NCBI GenBank assembly: GCA_023213395.1
Contig: CM041465.1
Location: forward strand, 131,199,741 to 131,263,740
Direction of reading: 5' to 3'
Length of the DNA: 64,000 nt
Source of the DNA: Cycas panzhihuaensis
Lineage: Eukaryota > Plantae > Cycadophyta
Shown: one piece after another, positions 1 through 10,900 of the stretch
Layout: every line of letters begins with the position of its first letter
How positions within the stretch are numbered: position 1 is the stretch's first letter
Translations under genes and position numbers: made by a program
The notes under the pieces: generated by a model
What the model saw: the letters and a program-made list of their open reading frames with translations, nothing else
Told to the model about the DNA's origin: nothing
Database searches by the model: none

Positions 1-1779
1 TTGAAGATGATCATTGTGATAGCAAACATTCAAGTCTCTATAGCTATAAAAAAGATTGAAATGGAGTCATAGATGTTGGAGCAAGGTTTAAGACATTTGA
101 GGTTGTTACATTACAGTGACTAATGCAAGTATGGAATGGTTACATGTCACAATTATTTAAAGGAATCGATGACTCATATTTTTTATTAATCATTTCCTTG
201 AATAAACAAAGATTCCATAAAGACAAAAACTTATCTAAGATATTGTTTCTTAGATTACATTGTAGAAGTGCCCATAATTGATGAGAAATTGCCTATGATA
301 AATTCAATTTATGTATAATAGCATGCAAAATTATTACAAGTTAATCATTGTTATTTAGCAATATCTCCAGAAGAGTCTCTAGAACTAGACTCTCAAGATA
401 TTTCCACCATGCAGAAGTCAAGAGCCATGGCGTATATGCTCAAAATAAATTTCATTTTTTAAAAAGACTCTCTATTTGAGAGATCCTATGATCTCATGTT
501 TCTTATCACATTCATTAAAATGTGGTGACAACTTGACATCTAGATCTCCTTGCTTGGATAATATGGTATTTCATAGCATTTGTGATGGTATGTGTATTTT
601 CAATCTACCCACTAGCTTTTTTAGTAGCCTCTAAAGCAAGCAAGACCAAGTGCAAGTCATGGGTAATTTTGGCAAAATAGTTACCTCTCTCCTATGGCAT
701 CGCATGTTAAAGGGTTAACCCTACTTTATGAAGATTTTTACCATGTGTATTAACTTAAACCTTTAAAAAAGTACTAGAAATCAAAAACCAATATATCCTT
801 CCAGTCACTCATTTTGAAGGCATCAAAGCAAGCTTCTCAATAAATTAGATAAAATATAAATCTAGGTTCATATGTGAAGGTTATGATAGAAGCACTGACG
901 GTTAGAAAACTTTACCTAAGAGTATTAATTAGGTGTTTAGCCCTTTTCATTTTAACTTTAGGTCTCACTACTTTCACCATATGACCACCTACTAATAAAA
1001 TGGTGGATTTGATGGATTTCAAAATTCATTCAAATATAGTTTAATTTCTTATAACCTTTATGATAAATAAAAAATTTTAATGCAATTAAGAATTAAAACC
1101 CTTAATTATTAAGAAAAATAAATATAAATACTATAAAATTATCATTTTCAAATATAGGACTACATAAGGTTATATAAAGGTATGGTAAATGGGTGTGCTA
1201 AATGTAATTATTCAATTTGTAGAGCAAATGATAGCAATAAAATCATATGCAGAAACTCATAAGTTGTGGGAAGCACTAGATAAGGAGAAACAACACCAAA
1301 AATGCCAGCAACAAAAGGTAAAAATGCTAATTGCCTATAAGGGTTTACACCCAAATTTTATTATATATTTGTAAAAGGCTTGGGCAATATCAACACTACA
1401 CCCAACCCAAAAATAAAACTATTATTCCAATTTGTCATCCCTCTTTTGCTATCTTTCTGTTACCCCTAGGATATTGAACTACAAAAGATTGAACAAGTTA
1501 CAATAGATCTCTTGTGCTACCCATGAGGGTCCTGCCTTCTTTGTGGGCTATTTAGTTGGCTTCTTTGAGGTTATTGCTATTATAAAATTAATTTCTGATT
1601 TTTTTCATAGAGATTTTATTCCAATAGTGAATCCCAAGGAGGGACACTTACAATTGCCTCCATAATGAATTTTTATTATATCCAACAAACCTAAAAAAAT
1701 TAGCACCTTATTATCATCACCTCCATTTAGTGATGGTTGCTTCATTCAGATGGGATCTTCCTTATGCCTTCAATAACAC

Positions 1780-2000
1780 TATCACCTATTCGAGCATTTG
1801 GCTTTCTTAGCATTCAACTTCATAGATGTACTTTAGCAACACTCTACAAATAAAACATCAAGTGTAAATTCTTATCAAGATTTCATGGACTTGCCAATGC
1901 CCATTCACAAATAATCTTACTTTAACTACCATACCCTACATCTAGCATCTAAATTTCTTGAAGTGCCATCTACCATTAATACAACAACTTCATTATCATG
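1780..2000 (-). pseudogene. Highly degraded copia protease-region remnant, possibly the internal continuation of the minus-strand element whose LTR is at 5587-5949
   Basis: The minus strand reads ...VDGTSRN...GIGKSMKS**EFTLDVLFVE..., resembling the copia WxxDSGAS...GIGxV...DVLFVP motifs. Many stops. Confidence 0.3.
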
Positions 2001-3096
2001 GCCATTTAAGTTTGTTATAAAGGCCTCAAACAGTCGACAATTGTCCACCATCTATCATTATAACAAGGTGATCAAGCTTACATTTACAATCTAATAGCAC
2101 TCTTAATAGGTCAGTTCAAGGTCATCTTTGTGACCTTATTTTGTGCTCATAGTTATCTCATCATCCTGTCAAACCTTATCCATGCATATGCTCTTATGCA
2201 TCTCTTTGGTTAGTTATTATGTTCTACAATAGTGGATGGCTAAGTATTAATGTACTGCAAATAGCCACTTGGGAGAAAAGAGAATCACCACCTTGAAATC
2301 CCCTAAACTCCTCAATCTAATTATTTAATAAATGCAAGATTAAGCCCAAAGTGATATTATAAAATATTTATATTAATGTCATTGAAATCATGTTAGTCAA
2401 GATCTAATCATCATTAAAAAGATGCATGGATCTAAACCATATCCTATACTTTCAAGGAGACAATGGTTATATGACATTAGTGATTTGCAAGAGGAGGTAA
2501 GCATTCACACTAATAGGAAGTGAATGCTCACTAATAAATCCAAGAGAGATAAAGAGACTAGGATTTAAAAATTTTATGGATGAAAATTAAGCATCTAGTA
2601 AGATAAATAAGCCTATTGGCAAGATATCAATATTATAGGGGAAAATATGGTCCATAAGCCTAATAACTATAAGGGAAATTAATCTAAGTATAATTTAAAG
2701 CATATAGATACCATGTTCCTCTTCAATTGCATGAGAGAGAATAACAACATAAATGAAATGAAGTGTTTTCATATGGAGACTATGGTCCCATCAGAAACTA
2801 ACTAGGAGGACTCAAAAATAAACAATTTTATGAATTGATAAGAATATTAATGGTAAGTATAGGGATGTATATGTAGAGGAAGTGAATGAAGACATCAAAA
2901 TAATTTTAATAAAGTTCAATTGATTGCTACCAAAAGAGATCACTAGTAATAAAATTGGATACACCATAGAGACATGTTGAAAGGGTTCAAGAAATCTTAT
3001 CCCTAAAATGGATTTTTCCTACATCGATAATCATTAATATCAAGTAAATGAAGCATCAAGGGATTTTGATGTACAAAAAGTTTAGAAAATGGTAAT

Positions 3097-3129
3097 ACAC
3101 ACACGCACGCACACACACACACACACACA
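3097..3129. repeat. (CA)n microsatellite, interrupted
   Basis: tacacacacgcacgcacacacacacacacacac is visible directly. Confidence 0.9.
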
Positions 3130-3237
3130 AAAATCAAAAACTTAAGAAAAAAAAAGCAACCTAATTCTTCATTAATCATCATTACAACTAATAAGAAAGT
3201 ATAAATGTCACACACAAAGCCACTCAAATGTTAGAAG

Positions 3238-3487
3238 TGTTAAAATGAAATATTAGAATATGAGAGATATTAAGAGATAAAATAAGTGATAATGCACATT
3301 TGTACAATCTACGATGTTGGCTACATATGTGGTGGACCCTACACAAAAGATAGAAATGTATTATAAATATTATTATATATTATTATTTTAAGTAATAAAA
3401 TATTTAAATATCTCACAATATATTTATAATCCTAAAATTATTTGCATTGTTATTTTTGTTATTATTATTTTATCATGGTATCAGAGA
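3238..3487 (+). mobile_element. 5' LTR (3238-3475) plus tRNA-iMet PBS of a truncated LTR retrotransposon related to the copia A LTR family
   Basis: TG...CA ends followed by TGGTATCAGAG at 3476. Shares taatgcacatttgt...gatgttggc...tgtggt with the reverse complement of the copia A LTRs. No partner LTR found. Confidence 0.6.
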
Positions 3488-3720
3488 ACATATTGATTTA
3501 CAAATTTATCATCTGTTACAAGTTGCCACTTCTACTACTACCAATTTACCAATATATTATGTTAGGTAAAACCCTACCTATTGTCATATGGTATCTTGGT
3601 TTGTTACTGTACATTGTCATTATTTGTTCCCTATGGTGTGAGTTTGTACCTATATACCTGCATAGTAAATGATTTCTTGTGTTAACTTCATCGTGCTACA
3701 TTATCCATCACTGCGTTATC

Positions 3721-4022
3721 TTTTTTTTTTTTTTGATATCTAGAGGAGAACCTCTAGACACTCTTAGTATAAAGTTCTAAAGGAAGGGGGACTCCTAGGA
3801 TCTAGGTTTTTATATTATCTTTGTACTAACCACACTTGGAGTTCATACTGCCATCGTGCAGTTGGCGCACACTCAACAGACTTTGGTCATACTACTTTCT
3901 TTGTAGTAGCAAAAGCCGATTAGACTACTCCCCTGTGAAGTAACTTGTACTCATGGGCTTTGAACTTGGGTATCTCCTTAGTAATTGCCACATCTTACCA
4001 ATCCACCCAGCCCCATGAGGCT
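3721..4022 (-). mobile_element. tRNA-derived SINE, copy 1
   Basis: T14 tract (poly-A on minus). The minus-strand head has a box A-like tggggctgggtgg and a box B-like agttcaaagcc. 16-bp TSD ccatcactgcgttatc (3705-3720) / ccatcattgtgttatc (4023-4038). A second copy lies at 21678-21973. Confidence 0.85.
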
Positions 4023-4699
4023 CCATCATTGTGTTATCATTCCTGCTATAGTGGTGTGATCATTGCCCTAAGTCATGCTCCCCTATTTATGGTTTTTCAT
4101 TAATGTGTGTACATGACCTTTGTCCATCGTTCATTTATAGTTACACATACTATATGTGTGTTTGTATTGCACTCCTCCATTGTATAATTTTATCATTGGT
4201 CTAAATATATAGTTATCATTCGTGTTAAAAGTCTGCACCTAAGGAGATCGATTCACCCCTACGTAAAGATAATTTTACTTGATTTTGTGGACTTTGTGCC
4301 TCCTCCTGTGTGATTTTGTCTATTTATCTATTGCCCTAATCTCATCATTTTTGTATTAATTCATTTATTATCATCATTATTGCATGAAGATGTTTGTGTC
4401 AATCCTTGCCATGAAGATCACCCTACTCCTCATGTTTTTTAATTACGTGGTGCCATTGTGTTATAAAGAAAGAACTTCAATCTATTTTTTTAATTCTATT
4501 CGATTAATTTTTTGATCAGATTTATTCAGATATTCTATATCTAAATAATCAACAAAGATAGTCTTCTCACATCTTTGCTTATGTCTTCAACTTAAAGGAT
4601 GTTGTTGCCATTGAACTATGTTTCATCTCTATTAACCACACTAATCTTAGTTTCAATGATGGTTATAAGAATGCCCTTGCTACCATGAGATTGGTGTTG

Positions 4700-5949
4700 A
4701 AGCAAGGATCCAATGAGGCATTGTTACGGTGGCTCTGCTCACCTCTCTTTAATTACTCTTTTAACCATTCTTAAACAGGGTGATGAATTCCATTGACGCA
4801 TCTTCTTCTACAATACCAAGCATGAGGTTCAAGAGGTTCAAGCCTAGTTGCTCAATCATCTTCAAATTTGTAATTTTGGCTCCTTCCAAAGGGTAGGGCT
4901 TTGCTAAGCACCAATTATAAACAATGTATTTCTTCCATAATAACATCACTACATATATTTTTCCATCTTTATTAATCCATCAAACCCTTAAGGTTTGCCC
5001 AATAGACATATCAAACTCTTATTTCAAATATGCAAAAAAAATTATTTGCCATAATATTTTCATACAGTATCACCGTTAACCTCTAGACAGTCAAGGTTCA
5101 ACATTTAATTGATATGCATTATTAACGTAGTGCACCCACTAGTTTACATATAGGAGATAGCACATCCAATTAAATTTACTCAATAATGGCATTAATAATC
5201 ACGAAAAGAAATGAATTGATACTAGTGGATTCACCATAACAACTTTGTACTTTAATATAGATGCCACATACATAAATAAGCATTCACATATAAATCAAAT
5301 TCACCAAATAAAATCATAATCTTTAATTGTAGCTCATACCATCTCTATCAATGACGCCCATAAATCATAGTCATATTTTCTTATTAAATTTCTCTTGATA
5401 CAAGCTAACCTTAACTCTTTTTTTTCAAAAAAACCCTTGATTGAAATCTCCTTCAAGAGGTCTCTTTAATCTTCCCACTCTGATATGCTTTGCAAGATCA
5501 CACTATCCTACTCTAATACCATGTTGAAAATATAACAAAACAATATTAATACCATGTTGAAATATAGCAGAATAACTTTGATACCATGTTGAAAATGACA
5601 CTATTAGACATAAGAATACGTACTAAAACACACATATAAGGTGATAAAAAATATAAATAGTAAATGAACAAATCAAAGAATGATGTATATACAAATACAT
5701 AATACAATAAGGGTTGTGAAAATTGATCATCTCCAAATATTGCATCAGGTATGAATATATCTTTATAGTGCATAATCACCTCATAATTGTCCAATCACAT
5801 GCGAGAACTATCATAACTATCATTAAGGTGATACATAGACACGTATATATACAAACACACCTTAATGACACTAATTTAATATTACATGAGAGAGTTAGGG
5901 TAGCACCCTTACATTAACATTAACCCAATATTAAACATTACTTCTAACA
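4700..5949 (-). mobile_element. 5' part of a degraded copia element: LTR ~5587-5949, triplicated PBS/LTR junction 5511-5596, leader and gag N-terminus (~4760-4995)
   Basis: ctttgatacca|tgttg is the reverse complement of LTR-CA plus PBS-Met. The LTR ends ...tctaaca. The minus-strand remnant near 4960-4995 resembles the gag-start FDGxNYxRW motif and is followed by ORF 4761-4949. Confidence 0.55.
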
Positions 5950-6351
5950 AAAACATACCAAATGTATGCCCTTACAAAGTGGTATACCAACTTGAGTTAC
6001 AAGGGGCATATAAAATGGAAGCCCTCTTCACATCCCATGGAATATATCCAAACCAAATGAAAAATCACCAACTACAACATTGCAACCATAAAGTCATGGC
6101 CCATACTAATAAGTCCATCTATCATTAAGTCATAACAATGAAAGTAATTATTACAAGAACATAGGGAAAATCCTTATGTTGCATATTTACAATGAGATAT
6201 GAGTTAATTGACATCTTAGAGGAATATATTTACAACATAACTAAGTTACTCGATGGATGAAGGTCATTTACCAAAGTTCATAGTCTAAATGCCCCCACAT
6301 TACAATAGTTTAAATGGCCCTGCATTACAATACTAACTTTTCAAACTTTGT

Positions 6352-6490
6352 CCACAACCATAATCTAAAGTTACAATAGATTATCTAATTATTTCTGAGT
6401 AGGCTTTTAAGAAGTCAACAAGCCACCTATCATAATCTAAAGTTTTGATGAATTATCTAATTCTTTCATCATGGGATTTTAGAAAGTCAA
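6352..6490. repeat. Degenerate tandem duplication, ~72-bp period, 2 copies
   Basis: cataatctaaagtt...attatctaatt...aagtcaa recurs at 6359 and 6431. Confidence 0.7.
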
Positions 6491-6552
6491 TGAGGTATCT
6501 ACCATGCAATAAGATTATAAGAATATTTTAAGTTTGCATGCAAATGGGAAAA

Positions 6553-6750
6553 ATATAATTGAGATTAAAATGTGATGAGTAACAATGAGCAATAGCATTG
6601 GATAAGACTACCTTACATGTAAAGGGTGAAAGTATGATTGAGATTAAAATATGATGAGTAGCAATGAGTAATAGTGCATGGGTTTGTCAAAATGTATTAC
6701 TAACCTACAATGTGTAAGTAGACATTAGCATTCGATAAGACTACCTTAGC
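6553..6750. repeat. Degenerate tandem duplication, ~79-bp period, second copy interrupted
   Basis: attgagattaaaat.tgatgagta.caatgag at 6558 and 6637. agcatt.gataagactacctta at ~6594 and ~6728. Confidence 0.7.
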
Positions 6751-7002
6751 CAAACAAGAGATGCAACTTAAGTTTTAACAATGGATCCTACATTGGGTAA
6801 AACAAAAAATAGGAAATTATACTAAATCAGAGGAGATAAGAAGGAGCCTTAAAATTGAGTGACGATGGTAGAGATAAAAAGAAGAGCTTATCAATATGCC
6901 ACATTCAACCATTGTTAAGTCAACCAACCAAAGTATAAAGGTTAGTAATTATACTAAGAAGTCTACTACATAATACTAAGGCCCTAAAGATGAAATGATT
7001 TC

Positions 7003-7282
7003 TATAGAAAAAAAAATTAATAGAAAATAATAATAATACACAAATGAAAAATATAACAAGCACCAGGATCACAATGGTGCCTAAAGGTACATTAACTTAG
7101 ATTAAGACCATAAAAATAATGGTATAATAACATGTTAATATAATATATTAAATGAGTATTTATAATACACAACTTGACTATGTATGGGACCTACCACAAA
7201 ATGCCAACATCATAATAAAATTAATTACACAAATGTGCATTACAATTTTGCCTTATGAAACATGAACAAAGCTATTTTAATA
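7003..7282 (-). repeat. 3' LTR of copia A
   Basis: Aligns by eye along its length with 39770-40043 (caccaggatcacaatggtgcc / caccaagatcacaatggtacc; cataataaaattaatt in both). Confidence 0.85.
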
Positions 7283-7299
7283 CTCCATCATAATATATA

Positions 7300-7618
7300 T
7301 TTAGGAAGACTCCTAATTCTTCTATGAATCGACAATACTTGAGCTTTAATAAGGCTTTGGTGAATATGTATGCAATCTGGTCTTCAATTCTACAATACTA
7401 TAATTCAACTTGACCTTCTTAAATCAACTCTTGAATATAGTAATGCTTGATCTCAATGTGTTTTATTATGTTCAGTAACACTAAATTCTTTGTCATTGAA
7501 ATAATACTTTAATTAGTGTAATGAATTATTATGGGCCCACTTTGAACTTTATGAAGGTAGGATTCTTCTTAGCCACACCGCTTCTCATGTTGTAACTTCA
7601 ATGGTTTTATACTTTGTA
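7300..7618 (-). pseudogene. pol: Copia A RNase H C-terminal remnant
   Basis: The minus strand reads KYKTIEVTT*EAVWLRRIL...KHIEIKHYYIQELI...DQIAYIFTKAL. Confidence 0.85.
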
Positions 7619-7922
7619 TGTCACAGGTTGTCGCTACACCAAAAGTCTTGGGGTCATTTAGGAAGAGGAATTCCTTGTGATAGTTAGTGTCATATGCTCC
7701 AACACTCCCTCGTCATAAGAAGTTAGCTGTACCTACACGACATGCATGTCCACCACAGCGTTCCTTGGCAGACCCATCAACGCCTTCACATATGTCTGGG
7801 TATGCTATCACAGTACACATGACTAGTTTTGAACCCTGGTCACTCTGATACCACTTGTCACATGTTGCCATTGTACTAAAAGCCCTAGTGTTTGCTAGAT
7901 AGCGTTGAGGAACACTGTGTCA
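7619..7922 (-). mobile_element. TRIM-like miniature LTR element: LTR 7619-7704, ~150-bp non-coding internal region, second LTR 7856-7922 cut short
   Basis: Both repeats start tgtcaca.gttg.c....aaaag. PPT (rc) ctccctc at 7705. PBS (rc) actctgatacca 7842-7853. No coding capacity. Confidence 0.7.
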
Positions 7923-10900
7923 TGAAGAAATAATGGATCTAGGAGATAAATCACTCACATACACACAATGGTAAAAGAGAATGAAAAAGAAGATGAAACA
8001 AGATATGAGAGCAAGCTTGGAGGTGAGAATGAATAATGACTCCCTCCTTGAATTTTTGCCTTTTATTATTGAGGGTGAGTATTTGGGTTAGGATTTTCCT
8101 GCCTAATGACATGAACCCAAAATTACATCTAAATGCATATAAAGTGCATTTCATTGAGTGACTAATGCTAACAATATATCCTAAGGTCGCATAATTAATC
8201 TACACAAATGAGCTTAATACATTAACCTCTTTCAATCCCCCCCTTAATGGTGGAAGGTCATTTTGAGAAAATCTATTCTATGAGGTCTTTATTTGAGCCT
8301 CATTATTACATGGGAATCCTAAATGATACTTTTGTGGGAAAACCCTCATGGGAAATAAAAACCCATGAACTTTTTAAGATCTATAGCCCCTTTTATAAAT
8401 CAAAATGGCTAAGGTGGCTCTTTGATGTAGCCTGATAGCCAAGACTTAAATGTGCGACTTAATCACGAGTCTCCATATACCGTTTGGTCATCCTCTATGC
8501 CCTTTTTTGGTTTTCATAGGTTCTAATTTTCCAAAACTAGTACGACTCTTATCCTTTCATGTACACATGGAGTTTTCACAAAGAGGATAGAGCAGAGACT
8601 TACTCTTATTCTTCCGCGCCTATAAGGGGTTTTCACGAATAGAATAGAGTATGATGATCATGTTGTCATCTTCTTTTATTAGTCAAAGATGGAGGCTCTA
8701 AGGCCAAGCTACCTTTGAAACTATTCAAACTTCACCTTTTACACTGGTTTGGTGCAAATATCGGCCACTTGATCTGCTGTGGGGTAGTATTCCAATTAAA
8801 TTGTGCCATCATGAATGAGTTCTCTAATCCTGTGGACTTTTGTACTTATGTGTTTGGTACAATCGTGAAATACAGGATTTTTCACCATGCAGATTGTTGA
8901 TTGATTATCCACATGAAGACTCGTAGGACTTGCTTAGATGATATTCAATGTTTCCAATAATTTTCTCGACCATATCACCTCTTTACTAGTCTCAGAAGCA
9001 ACAATGTATTTAGCTTTGGCAGTTAAATCTGTAACTATCTCCTGTCATCTAGATCTCCATGATATTGGTGTTGTTCCAAGAAATGTTACATACCCAGATG
9101 TAGATCTTCCTATATCTTTATCTCCTACAAAGTCTGAGTCTGTGTATGCAAAAAGCTTGAAGTCTAAATTAGGTTCATACAACAGACCATATCTACTGGT
9201 CATCTTAAGGTATCTCAACACTTACATTGTTGCCTACCAATGATTCTACTTAGGATTTATCATATAACGAGCAAGAATGTCGACAGAGTATACAATGTCT
9301 AGCCTTGTATTAGTAGTGTAGATGAGACTACCTACAAGTTCCCTATAGAGTGTTGCGTCAGCCTCCCTAGTATCACCTTCAGCTAAGAGTTTGGTATTAG
9401 GGTCCATAGGTAACATCACTAGTCGAGCATCTTCTAACTGAAACTTAGTTAGAAGGTCGTTGATGTATCTTTCTTGAGAGATGAAAAATTTTTCATTCTT
9501 TTGTGTTACTTCAATTCCCAAGTAATATTTCATCAAACCAAGGTCAGATAATTCAAACATTTTGCCAAGGTCCTTTTTTCAGTTGGATTATTACATGTTC
9601 ACTATTACCTGTTACTAACATGTCATCCATAAAGATTATGAGATAAGTGACTTTATCCTTATGGTGCTTGATGAACAATGTTACATCAATATCTTTGTAG
9701 TCGCAAACCTTGTATCCAAGTTGCCTCATTCTTTCAAACAACTTGGCAAACCAATCACGAGGGGCTTATTTAAGGTTGTACAAGGACTTTCTAAGCCTGC
9801 AAACCTTATGCTCTTGACCTTCGATCTCATGTCCTTATGGATGAGCCATGTCAACTTCTTCTTTAAGATCTCCATTGAGAAACATGGTCTTAATATCGAG
9901 TTGGTGGATTTTTCAATCTTGTTAAGCAGTCAAGGCCTTAAAGAGTTCTAATTGTAAGCCACTTGGTTATAGGTACGAAGACTTCAGTGTAGTCGATGCC
10001 TTCCCTTTGTGTAAATCCTTTAGCTACCAACATCGCCTTGTGTTTTTCAAGGGTGTCGTCTAATCTATATTTATTTTTGAACACCCATTTATTTTGAACT
10101 ATCTTTCTACCAAGTGATAGATCAACGAGCTCCCATGTATCATTCTTGATAAGATATTGGTACTCTTCATTCGTGGCATTTCTCCAAGTTGTATGCTTAA
10201 GGGCTCTTCATTAAGAGTAAGGTGCAGTTCCGTTGGTTGAAGCTCAATATATAATGATTCTTGCATCCTTACTCTATGGAAACTTCAAGTGCAAGTTTTT
10301 TCCACCTCATCTGGTCATATGTCCTTATTGAGTTGGCGGGCTTCTCGAGATCCTCGAGTTAGGAATGATGTCCTCATTTCCCCAACTTCTTAGTTCTCAT
10401 CATGTTCATTAAAATGATTATTTTGTGAGGAGGATGTTGATGCGCCTGAGGAAGATGGTCCTTCTACCACTATTTTGCCTTTGTCAACTAAAGGTAGAGA
10501 GGATGGTTCTTCTATAATGGCTTTGCCTTTGTCAACTCTTTTATCTTCAAAAGATGGTGTTGGATGTGCACTCATCGGTTCAGAGTCACAACTTGTATCC
10601 TCCAAGGCTCTATTGTTAGCTTCCAACATTTGGAATAAATTATGTATATCCCCCCCCTAAATTTTGAAATCTAAATATTATACTTGATAACATTATTGTA
10701 GTGGTGTGAGGGTACTTTATAGTCTAGTTTAAGTAACTGATCCTCTATCTCTGCAAAAATGACATCTCTGATAATGATGATTTTTCATTGTGAAGGGATG
10801 AAGACCTTATACCCTTTCTTATCCATAGGGTATCGAACAAAGATACCTTTAAGTGCCCTTAGATGGAGTTAATTTCAATCTGCATCCAGAATGTAGGCAT

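Noticed and set aside
1-1400. Possible host exons or short ORF 1189-1374
   Set aside because: No supported splice structure or domain. The HKLWEAL motif is at most a weak Gag-like remnant.
3940-4022. SINE head as a functional tRNA gene
   Set aside because: The boxes are degenerate, I cannot build a cloverleaf, and the head is followed by a body, A-tail and TSD.
7619-7922. TRIM as a Cassandra element
   Set aside because: No 5S rRNA-like segment is visible in the 86-bp LTR.
7951-8154. Duplicated ORF (also 15224-15463) as a small paralogous gene
   Set aside because: It lies within the two LTRs of copia B.
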